A stretch of 27,470 nucleotides of DNA from a virus. Taxonomy: Duplodnaviria > Caudoviricetes. Within the stretch, counting starts at the first letter, position 1, and each line of letters starts with the position of its first letter. Shown here in pieces: positions 7,726 through 15,561 of this stretch. Both the position numbers and the translations under genes were made by a program. The stretch is taken from the IMG/VR virus record IMGVR_UViG_3300037457_000047, positions 1 to 27,470 of that record; one strand, 5' to 3'. The notes under the pieces were generated by a model, which worked only from the letters and a program-made list of their open reading frames with translations, made no database searches and was not told the origin of the DNA.

Positions 7726-9003
7726 GTGAGTCAGGAACGGCACAAGTCGCTGATCGAGAAGTCGATGCAGTGCATCAACCTCGCCCGCACCATCCGGGAC
7801 CGGCACCCGGACCCGACGAAGATCCCGGCCGAGGACGCGGCCAAGATGTCCACCCTGCTGGGTGAGGCCCGCAAGCTGCGGGACCTTGCCACGCTGGAGA
7901 AGCAGCAGGACGACATGGACACGTGGGCCGCAGCCCCCGACCAGGTCCCGGCCGCGCTGCAGGCCGAGGCCGCCACGGCCGCCGAGCAGGTCGGCAAGGG
8001 CGGTGACTACCTGGACGAGGTGCGCAAGCGGCGCCAGGTGGAGCTGTTCGCCAAGGCGATGCGGCACGGCACCCGGGGGCAGCCCTGGTTCGAGAGCCTG
8101 GACACCGCCGAGAAGGCGTCGCTGGTGGAGGACGCCACCGGTGAGGTGATCGTCCCGCATGACATCGCCGGCCCGATTTTCAAGACCCTGCCCCACCTCG
8201 GGGTGTTCCGTGGCTCCGGTCCGCTGGTCCGCCCGACGACCTCAAACAAGGTGGACCTGCGGTCGCTGACCGGTGCGACCGCAGGTTGGGGCCAGCTGGA
8301 GTTGACCTCGACAACCGTGGATGCGAACGTGGTGCCGAACACGCCGGTCGACGTGGTTCAGGTGCACGACCTGACCGCCATGTCGCGGATCGGCGTGGAC
8401 GAGCTCGCCGACACCGACGCCAACATTGTCGCCCTGATCCAGGACATCGTCGGTCAGAAGACCGCCGAGATGGAGGACGACGCGTTCGCCGCCGGCAACG
8501 GTGTGTCCAAGCCGTGGGGTCTGGCGGCTCGGGCCACCTCCGCCGCGAACCAGATCACCCAGGGGGTGACCGCGAGCACTGCCTCTGCCCCCATCGGGGA
8601 CGACCTTAAGAAGTTGCAGTACCGGGTGCCGTCCCGGTTCCGCCCCAACGGGGCCTACTTTGCGGGCAACGACGCTGCGGAAGCGATCGCGCTGCTGAAG
8701 GACGCGAACAGCAACTACCTGTGGCAGCCCTCGGTGCGGGCGGGTGAGCCGGACACCCTGTTCGGCAAGCGGTTCTTCAACCTTGAAGGGCTGCCATCAA
8801 TGGGTGCGTCGGCGGCCGTAGTGGACCCGTCGGTCGTCTTCGGCGACCCGAGCCTGGGGTATGTGATCGCTGACCGGCAGCGGATCACCGTCCAGCGGCT
8901 GAACGAGCGGTACGCCGAGCTGGGGTTGGTCGCGTTTCTGTTCCGGATGCGGGTCGGCGGGGACGTGATGCGCCCGGCCGCGTTCGCGAAGTACCTGCTC
9001 TAA
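7726..9003 (+). CDS. Major capsid protein (HK97 fold) with N-terminal delta/scaffold-like region
   Basis: GEVIVPHD, AAGNGVSKPWG, LKDANSNYLWQPSVRAGEPDTLFG, FRMRVGGDVMRPAAF. Confidence 0.95.
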   Translation: MSQERHKSLIEKSMQCINLARTIRDRHPDPTKIPAEDAAKMSTLLGEARKLRDLATLEKQQDDMDTWAAAPDQVPAALQAEAATAAEQVGKGGDYLDEVRKRRQVELFAKAMRHGTRGQPWFESLDTAEKASLVEDATGEVIVPHDIAGPIFKTLPHLGVFRGSGPLVRPTTSNKVDLRSLTGATAGWGQLELTSTTVDANVVPNTPVDVVQVHDLTAMSRIGVDELADTDANIVALIQDIVGQKTAEMEDDAFAAGNGVSKPWGLAARATSAANQITQGVTASTASAPIGDDLKKLQYRVPSRFRPNGAYFAGNDAAEAIALLKDANSNYLWQPSVRAGEPDTLFGKRFFNLEGLPSMGASAAVVDPSVVFGDPSLGYVIADRQRITVQRLNERYAELGLVAFLFRMRVGGDVMRPAAFAKYLL

Positions 9004-9006
9004 GTC

Positions 9007-9074
9007 GTCCCGGCCCCGCCGGCGTGTCCCCCCCGATGGGCCGGCGGGGCCGGGACTCGTCCGCAGGGGGACAC
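9007..9074 (+). promoter_or_regulatory. 17-bp stem-loop after the capsid gene with pseudoknot potential
   Basis: Arms 9007-9023 and 9040-9056 are perfectly complementary. Loop GTGTCCCCC (9024-9032) is complementary to GGGGGACAC (9066-9074). Confidence 0.75.
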
Positions 9075-9089
9075 GGAAGGAAGCAACTG

Positions 9090-9455
9090 ATGAGGATCAG
9101 GACCATCACTCAGGTGAACAGCCGGTGGCTGGACGGCCGGACGTATGCCGCTGGCGAGGGAACGGTCAGTGTGGTCGACGATGGCGACCGGGACGCGGTT
9201 GCCCACATGCGGTACCTGGCTGGGGTTGGTCAGGTGGAGATCCTGGCCGAGGACCCCGAGCCGGACCCGGAGCAGCCTGAGATGGTGGACAAGATTGCCG
9301 ACCGGGAGGTCAAGGACTCCCGGCAGCCGGAGCTGGCCGATCCACTGGCCGGGCTACGCAGTCAGGCGCAGCTGCTGGGCATTCGTGTTGATCGTCGGTG
9401 GGGCGCTGACCGGCTCCGCGACGAGATCTCAGCTGTAGAGGGGGTGAAGAAATGA
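9090..9455 (+). CDS. Hypothetical post-capsid protein with a C-terminal helix-extension-helix-like motif
   Basis: ATG 9090 follows GGAAGG. C-terminus LRSQAQLLGIRVDRRWGADRLRDEI resembles Rho-N/HeH-like motifs seen in post-capsid genes. Confidence 0.65.
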   Translation: MRIRTITQVNSRWLDGRTYAAGEGTVSVVDDGDRDAVAHMRYLAGVGQVEILAEDPEPDPEQPEMVDKIADREVKDSRQPELADPLAGLRSQAQLLGIRVDRRWGADRLRDEISAVEGVKK

Positions 9456-9670
9456 ACGAATCGTTCGCCCTTTTGAGCAACGGAGAGTGGATCAACTGGC
9501 GTTTTGTCGAGCGGGTTGGTGCGGAGAGTTCTAGCGGCGTTCATGTCGTCATGGTCAAGGTCGGTAGCAGCTGGTTGTGGCTGAACGGCGGGTACGCGGA
9601 TCTGGGTGCGGCCAAGAAGGCTGCAGCTCAGCTGACTCAAGGTTTCGACCCGAGTGGGTTGGTACCGTGA
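9452..9670 (+). CDS. Hypothetical protein
   Basis: 72 aa with an ATGA overlap to the upstream gene and a GTGA overlap to the downstream gene. Confidence 0.7.
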   Translation: MNESFALLSNGEWINWRFVERVGAESSSGVHVVMVKVGSSWLWLNGGYADLGAAKKAAAQLTQGFDPSGLVP

Positions 9671-12162
9671 CCAAGATTCTGTGGCATTCGGTAGCCCCCT
9701 GGGTTGGTTCGGGTTACGGAAGTCAGACCGCCACCTTCGCGCCGCGGATCAAGGCCCTCGGGCACGACCTGGCCATCTCCGCCTACTACGGGCTGATGGG
9801 CGCCAAGCTGAACTGGCGGGGCATTACCTGCTACCCCGCCTACGCCAAGTCCTACGGCGGGGACGTGATCGTGCCCCACGCGGTGGACCACTTCGGCGGC
9901 GGACCCGGCAAAAGCTTCCGGACGGTTGCCGACCAGGGGCTGATCATCACCCTCGGGGACGTGTGGACGTTCAACGCGCCGCTGCTCGCTGAGATGAACG
10001 TCGCCGCGTGGGTGCCGGTCGACCACGAGCACGTGCCGCCGGCGGTGGTCGACTGGTTTCAGACCATGGGGGCGATCCCGATCGCCATGTCCCGGTTCGG
10101 GGAGCGGGCGCTGACCGAGGTCGGGTTCAAGCCGCTGTACGTCCCCCACGGCATCGACACCAGCGTGTTCTGCCCGGGGGACAAGGCGGAGGCCCGGGGC
10201 CGGGTGGGGCTGCCCGCGGATGCGTTCGTGGTGGCGATGGTGGCCGCCAACGTGGGTAAGGACGGGGCGCGGAAGGCGTTCTACGAGCAGATCTTGGCCT
10301 TCGGTGAGTTACATCGGAAGCATCCGGATGCGGTGCTGGCGATCCACACCGACGTGACCTCACCGTACGGGGTGGACATCCGCCACCTGCTGTCCGACTT
10401 CCCCGAGAGCTCGTACTGGTTCACCGACCAGTACGCCTACAAGGTAGGGGTACCCGCGTCGACGATCGCCGACATCTACCGTGCCGCGGACGTGTTGACC
10501 AACTGCTCCTGGGGTGAGGGGTTCGGTGTCCCGATCGTCGAGGCTGAGGCGTGCGGTACCCCGGTGATCGTTACCGACACCACGGCTATGCCGGAGCTGG
10601 TCGGCGCCGGGTGGAAGGTGCCCGGGGAGCCGATGTGGCACGACTCGCAGAGCGCCTGGGCACGCCGGCCGTTCATCGCCTCGATCGTCGCCGCCTACGA
10701 GGAGGCGTACGACCGGGCTCGTGATGAGCAGATGCGGGCGCAGGCGTGGGCGTTCGCCCAGGAGTATGACGCCGACCGGGTGCTGGCCGAGCATTGGGAG
10801 CCGGCTTTGAAGCACCTGGCCGACGCGTTGGCCCGCCGTGGTGATGATGCGGCGAGGGCGCCGGGGCGCCCTCAGGTGCGGGTGCGGCAGGCCGACGGTC
10901 TGCTGTGGGTCGACCGCGGTACGGGCAGCGAGGACTACCTGGGCCTGGCCGAGCACGAGGCCGAGCTGGCGCCGATCGTCGACGGCCTGCTGTCCGCCGG
11001 TGGGGTGGTGCTGGACGTCGGGGCGCATGTCGGGCACTGGGCGCTTCGGCTGGCCGGCAAGGCGGCCCAGGTGTTCGCGGTGGAGCCGAACCCGGACGCG
11101 GCTAGCGGGCTGCGCCGCAACGTGGCGGTCAACGACCTGGGGAACGTGAGCGTGCTGGAGTTCGCCGCGTGGGATGAGGTCGCCTGGCTACGCCTGGACG
11201 ACCCCCACGCTCACACCGGCGGCGGGTCGACCCGCACCGTGCCGGGGAAACCGGATACGGCCGGGGTTGCGGGTATGCGGTTGGACACCAGCCCCCAGTT
11301 GCGGCACCTGGACCGGCTGGACCTGGTGAAGCTGGACGTGGAGGGCGCCGACCTGCACGCGCTGCGGGGCATGGCTGGGCTGCTGTCCCGGCACCACCCG
11401 GTGTTGTTTGTGGAGTGTCACGACTACTGCGGGTACTACACCCGGGCCGAGCTGGAGGAGACGCTGAGCCGGTTGGGTTACCAGTGGGAGGTGGCGTTCA
11501 GCTACCAGACCCATTGGAGCCCGGAGGGTCCGCGGGCTGAGCCGGCGAAGGCCGACTACCTGATCTGCCGGCCGGTGGAGCCGGCGCCGGTGGACGCGGC
11601 CGTGGTCGCCAAGGCCGCCCGCCACGAGCATCACGCATCCCAGCGGGAGGACGAGCTGGCGGTGGCGCTGGCCGAGGCCGCCCGGGTCAGGCCCCAGACG
11701 ATCGTGGAGATCGGGTGTGACGCGGGCGGCACGCTGTTCGCGTGGCGGCAGCTGTGTGATGCCGTGTACGGCATCACCCTGGCCGACAACTCGTACGCGG
11801 CGGGAGGGTCGGCCCGGCCGCTGGCCTGCCATGGGGCGCAGGTGCACATCGGCGACTCCCACGACCCGGCGGCGCTGGAGTGGTTGCGGGACCAGCTCGA
11901 CGGGGACCCGGTCGACGTGCTCGTGTTGGACGGGGACCACAGCGCTGAAGGGGTGCGGGCCGACCTGGCCAACTTCGGGCCGCTGGTGCGCTCCGGCGGG
12001 CTGATCCTCATGCACGACATCGACAGCCGCACCGACCCGCGGGCGCAGGTGCATCAGGTTTGGCCCGAGCTGGCCGAGCGGCACATCACCTCGACCGTCC
12101 GGCCACCGACCGGTGACGGGTACGGCTGGGGGATCATCCACGTGGGTGAGCCGTGGACCTGA
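9667..12162 (+). CDS. GT-B (GT4-like) glycosyltransferase fused to a FkbM-type methyltransferase and a second class I SAM methyltransferase (Methyltransf_24-like)
   Basis: GT: VPHGIDT, EGFGVPIVEAEACGTPVIVTD. FkbM: VLDVGAHVG, VFAVEPNP, LVKLDVEGAD. Third domain: IVEIGCDAGGT, VLVLDGDHS, GGLILMHD. Confidence 0.9.
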   Translation: MTKILWHSVAPWVGSGYGSQTATFAPRIKALGHDLAISAYYGLMGAKLNWRGITCYPAYAKSYGGDVIVPHAVDHFGGGPGKSFRTVADQGLIITLGDVWTFNAPLLAEMNVAAWVPVDHEHVPPAVVDWFQTMGAIPIAMSRFGERALTEVGFKPLYVPHGIDTSVFCPGDKAEARGRVGLPADAFVVAMVAANVGKDGARKAFYEQILAFGELHRKHPDAVLAIHTDVTSPYGVDIRHLLSDFPESSYWFTDQYAYKVGVPASTIADIYRAADVLTNCSWGEGFGVPIVEAEACGTPVIVTDTTAMPELVGAGWKVPGEPMWHDSQSAWARRPFIASIVAAYEEAYDRARDEQMRAQAWAFAQEYDADRVLAEHWEPALKHLADALARRGDDAARAPGRPQVRVRQADGLLWVDRGTGSEDYLGLAEHEAELAPIVDGLLSAGGVVLDVGAHVGHWALRLAGKAAQVFAVEPNPDAASGLRRNVAVNDLGNVSVLEFAAWDEVAWLRLDDPHAHTGGGSTRTVPGKPDTAGVAGMRLDTSPQLRHLDRLDLVKLDVEGADLHALRGMAGLLSRHHPVLFVECHDYCGYYTRAELEETLSRLGYQWEVAFSYQTHWSPEGPRAEPAKADYLICRPVEPAPVDAAVVAKAARHEHHASQREDELAVALAEAARVRPQTIVEIGCDAGGTLFAWRQLCDAVYGITLADNSYAAGGSARPLACHGAQVHIGDSHDPAALEWLRDQLDGDPVDVLVLDGDHSAEGVRADLANFGPLVRSGGLILMHDIDSRTDPRAQVHQVWPELAERHITSTVRPPTGDGYGWGIIHVGEPWT

Positions 12163-13031
12163 TCCGGCAGCTCGTCACGACCCGGTTCACCCTGGCGCAC
12201 ACGTTCTTCGTGGGGTCGGTTCCGACCGATGCGACCGGCCCGGTGACGGTGACCGTGAAGCGGCTCGACGGCACCGCCGTGACCTCCGGTGCCGCGGCCG
12301 GTCTGGGCTCCGGGGTGTACACGTTCGAGGTCGACGAGCAGCCTGCGGTGGACACGTTGACGGTGGACTGGTCGGGCAGCCTGGGCGGGGCGGCCATCAC
12401 CGTGCGGGACGTGGTGGAGATCGTAGGCGGGTTCGTGTTCGGGCTGGCCGAGGCCCGGTCCGCCCATGCCACGCTGGCCAGCACCACCACCTACCCGGAC
12501 GCGGTGCTGGCCGGTAAGCGGACCGGGGTGGAGCAGGAGGCCGAACGGATCGCCGGCCGGGCGTTCGTCCCCCGCTTCGCCCGGTTCCTGCTCGACGGGT
12601 CCGGCACCAGTGAGCTGGTGGTTCCGGACATGGACCTGCGGGCGGTGCGCGCGGCCGCCACGGCCGCCCGGGCCGGTGGCACGTTCACCACACTCAGCGT
12701 CGACCAGTTGGCCGCGGTCGCGCCGCTGCCCGAAGGGGTGTTGGCACGCGACGACGGTGCGACGTGGCCGAGAGGGAGGCGCAACGTGCTGGTCGAGTAT
12801 GAGCACGGGTTGGGCATACCACCGGTCACCGTTAAGGACGCGGCGATCCTTCGGCTCCGGTCGTACATCGCGGCTGCCCGGTCGGCCATCCCCGAGCGGG
12901 CCGTGTCGTTCACGGTGACCGAGGGTGGGATCTACCGGCTGGCCGCGGCCGGGCCCCACTCGACCGGTTGGCCGGAGGTCGACGCCGCTTACAAGGGCGA
13001 GGGCCACCCGAAGGTGTGGCTCGCGTCATGA
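12153..13031 (+). CDS. Head-tail adaptor with N-terminal Ig-like domain
   Basis: N-terminal beta-rich segment, then a gp6/gp15-like region (ERIAGRAFVPR, WPRGRRNVLVEYEHG, PPVTVKDAAIL, TGWPEVDA). Confidence 0.7.
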   Translation: MDLIRQLVTTRFTLAHTFFVGSVPTDATGPVTVTVKRLDGTAVTSGAAAGLGSGVYTFEVDEQPAVDTLTVDWSGSLGGAAITVRDVVEIVGGFVFGLAEARSAHATLASTTTYPDAVLAGKRTGVEQEAERIAGRAFVPRFARFLLDGSGTSELVVPDMDLRAVRAAATAARAGGTFTTLSVDQLAAVAPLPEGVLARDDGATWPRGRRNVLVEYEHGLGIPPVTVKDAAILRLRSYIAAARSAIPERAVSFTVTEGGIYRLAAAGPHSTGWPEVDAAYKGEGHPKVWLAS

Positions 13032-13504
13032 CGACGGCGGCGTACGCGGCGAAGCGGGCGGTGGTAGACCGGCTGGTCCAGCGGGCGGCCCAGCCGGGTA
13101 ACGCGCTGTCCGGGGTCCAGGTCGCCTACTCCTGGCCGGGTAACACCGCCGCGATGGAGTGCGTGTACGGCGGCGGGGTGACCTTCGACCAGCCGGGCAC
13201 CGACGACGCGGTCGACAGTCAGCGGCACCGGCTGGTCAAGGAGACCGCGACCGTGGGGGTTCATATCCGGATCGCGGCGTCGCCGCCGGATGCGGTCGAA
13301 CCGATCCGGGCCACCGATGCCCGGGCGGAGGCGATCGGCGACGAGATCGGGGCGTTGCTGGCCGCCCAGCCGGGTCTGGCCGGGGGCAGCTCGGTGGCGC
13401 GGCTGCTGCGAGGCCAGGGCGACTACTCCCCGACCGACGACCAAGCGGTGTCGACCCTGTCCTACCAGATCAGCGTCGAGTCGTATATCCAACCAGGAGG
13501 GTAG
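13028..13504 (+). CDS. Putative tail terminator/head-tail completion protein
   Basis: ATGA overlap, about 158 aa, VQVAYSWPG pattern, synteny. Confidence 0.6.
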   Translation: MTTAAYAAKRAVVDRLVQRAAQPGNALSGVQVAYSWPGNTAAMECVYGGGVTFDQPGTDDAVDSQRHRLVKETATVGVHIRIAASPPDAVEPIRATDARAEAIGDEIGALLAAQPGLAGGSSVARLLRGQGDYSPTDDQAVSTLSYQISVESYIQPGG

Positions 13505-13506
13505 CG

Positions 13507-13842
13507 GTGACAACGTTCAACACTCAGCGGGTGGTGCGGACCAGCAACGGGGTCACGCCCACCTACAACGCGACCGCCGTCGGCGGGGACAAGTTCTCAC
13601 CCGGTGCCAGCGTGTTCCTGCACGTGAAGAACACCGGCACCGAGCGGACCCTCACGTTCGCCACCGCCGGGAAGGTGGAGGAGCTCGACATCGCCGACAT
13701 GGTCGCGGTGGTCCCGGCCACCACCGGAGACAAGATGCTCGGCCCGTTCCCCGCGCACATCTTCGCCGCCGCGGACGGGCTGGTCGCGATCACCTACGAC
13801 ACCACCCCGACCGGGCTCAGTATCGCGGTCCTGCAGCTGTAG
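13507..13842 (+). CDS. Small beta-rich structural protein (decoration-like)
   Basis: GTG after AGGAGG. Sequence GDKFSPGASVFLHVKNTG...LGPFPAHIF...VAITY. Confidence 0.65.
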   Translation: MTTFNTQRVVRTSNGVTPTYNATAVGGDKFSPGASVFLHVKNTGTERTLTFATAGKVEELDIADMVAVVPATTGDKMLGPFPAHIFAAADGLVAITYDTTPTGLSIAVLQL

Positions 13843-13852
13843 GGAGACGGAC

Positions 13853-14041
13853 GTGGCGGAGAGTAGGAAACGCGCGCAACCGGCGGCCGAGCCGGCCCAG
13901 GCCGGGCTGCCACCCGGCGTGTACACGGCGATTGTGCCGCTGTACGTCGGCGGGATCCGCGCCCACAACCCAGGCGACCGGGTGCCGGTCGACAACATCA
14001 TCCGCAACGGCTGGCAGGAGAAGGTGGCCCGGGTTGACTGA
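13853..14041 (+). CDS. Hypothetical protein
   Basis: 62 aa, GGGAG RBS, fills the gap between neighbours. Confidence 0.65.
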   Translation: MAESRKRAQPAAEPAQAGLPPGVYTAIVPLYVGGIRAHNPGDRVPVDNIIRNGWQEKVARVD

Positions 14042-14333
14042 GCTGCGGATCTCCTGGGACGAGGCCGCCCTGGCCAGGCTGGGCGAGGACCGGCAGGTGC
14101 TCGCCGCGGTGCGGGACGCGGCCGAGGGGATGGCGGCCGAGGTGGCCAACCGCGCGCCGCGGGACACCGGCGCCGCCGCCGGTTCGATCGCCGCCCGCCC
14201 CGACCGGGGTGGCCAGTTCCGCGCCGGGTGGGACGCCGAACACGGCTACCTGATCTTCCCCGAGTTCGGCACCCGTACCCAGCCGCCGCAGCGGTTCGCC
14301 CGCGACGTGCTCGACCGGTACACGTACACATAG
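14034..14333 (+). CDS. HK97 gp10-like neck/tail completion protein
   Basis: APRDTG and FPEFGTRTQPPQRF motifs. TTG start after AGGAGAAGG. Confidence 0.75.
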   Translation: MTELRISWDEAALARLGEDRQVLAAVRDAAEGMAAEVANRAPRDTGAAAGSIAARPDRGGQFRAGWDAEHGYLIFPEFGTRTQPPQRFARDVLDRYTYT

Positions 14334-14342
14334 GAGTGAGAG

Positions 14343-14882
14343 ATGGGTAACCCTGCTGCGATCGCGTTAGGCCCGGGCACGCTCTACCAGGCCGCGCTCG
14401 GCTCGAGCGAGCCGAACGACCTGGCCACCGGATGGGTGGCGGCGTGGGTGGCCCTGGGCTACACCCACGAAGGTTCCGACTTCTCCTACCAGCTGAACAC
14501 CGAGGATGTCGAGGTCGCCGAAGAGCTTGACCCGGTGTCGGTGGAGGCGGTAGGCCGGGTCATCATGGTCAAGTTCGTGCTGGCCGAGGTGACCGCCAGC
14601 AACCTTCAGCGGTCCCTGAACGGTGGCATCATCACCACCGGCACCGGGTTCGTGACCTTCGAACCGCCCGCGTTCGGCACGCTCACAAGGCGGATGTACG
14701 GGTGGGAGTCCGACGACGCGGAGGAGAGGTGGGTCTTCCGGCAGTGCCTGTCGACCGGGTCGGTGGAGATGGCCCGCAGGAAGGGCGCCGCCAAGTCGGG
14801 GATCCCGTTCGAGCTGCGGTGTGAGAAGCCGGTCGGGGCCGCGCCGTTCAAGACCATCTTCGCTAGCCCGGCGAGGGCCTGA
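14343..14882 (+). CDS. Major tail (tube) protein
   Basis: LGPGTLYQAALGSSEP, WVALGYTHEGS, VAEELDPV; position before chaperone and tape measure. Confidence 0.85.
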   Translation: MGNPAAIALGPGTLYQAALGSSEPNDLATGWVAAWVALGYTHEGSDFSYQLNTEDVEVAEELDPVSVEAVGRVIMVKFVLAEVTASNLQRSLNGGIITTGTGFVTFEPPAFGTLTRRMYGWESDDAEERWVFRQCLSTGSVEMARRKGAAKSGIPFELRCEKPVGAAPFKTIFASPARA

Positions 14883-15358
14883 TGAGCCGCCGCCAGTACA
14901 CCAGCAAGCCGGCCGCCGCGGTCGAGTTCGACCTGGACGAGGTCCACTTCGTGGCCGCTGGTGGGTTGTCGCTGCTCGAGGTGATGGAGCTGGCCCGGTT
15001 CGCTGATGTCGACACTGACAGCCCGGAGGGGGCCGTGGCGGTCGGCGACTTCTTCCGGGGCCTGTTCGGGTGCTCGTGTGAGCGTGTCCACCGGACCGGC
15101 TGCGAGTACGACCGGTTCCGGCGGCACTGCCGGGCACACGGCACCGACGACGACACCCTGATGGGGATCATGCAGGACATCATGGGGGCACGATCTGGGC
15201 ACCCTACGCAGCGGCCCTCGGTCTCTGCCGATGGGCCGCCGACCACCCCGCCTACGTTGAGGGTCATCTCATCCGATGGCAGCTTGCGGGAGGAGCCACT
15301 CACGCTGGAGCGGGAGGCGGAGCTGAGGGAGGCGGTCCAGCGGGCCTCGGCTGGCTGA
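14882..15358 (+). CDS. Tail assembly chaperone (gpG-like)
   Basis: Lies between tail tube and tape measure genes; contains the GHPTQRPS segment. Confidence 0.7.
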   Translation: MSRRQYTSKPAAAVEFDLDEVHFVAAGGLSLLEVMELARFADVDTDSPEGAVAVGDFFRGLFGCSCERVHRTGCEYDRFRRHCRAHGTDDDTLMGIMQDIMGARSGHPTQRPSVSADGPPTTPPTLRVISSDGSLREEPLTLEREAELREAVQRASAG

Positions 15359-15561
15359 TGGGGCAGGAAGCCCGGGAGGGGCTGTCCGTGTTGTACGTGC
15401 TGCTGGACGAGTGGCTGTGGCGGCGGGACCTGCTGCGGCTGCTCGGCGCGGATGACCCGGGCCGCCTGGATACGATCCTGGCCCGGCCGGCCGGTGGTGG
15501 GGATCGGGCCGTCCGGGTGGCCGGGCTCGGTGGTGAGGTGGTGATCGCCGGTGGCCACTAA
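15202..15561 (+). CDS. Tail assembly chaperone -1 frame extension (gpT-like)
   Basis: The -1 frame is open from 15082 to 15561 and reads PYAAALGLCRWAADHPAYVEGHL... in frame into the 15358 ORF. Confidence 0.6.
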   Translation, partial: PYAAALGLCRWAADHPAYVEGHLIRWQLAGGATHAGAGGGAEGGGPAGLGWLMGQEAREGLSVLYVLLDEWLWRRDLLRLLGADDPGRLDTILARPAGGGDRAVRVAGLGGEVVIAGGH

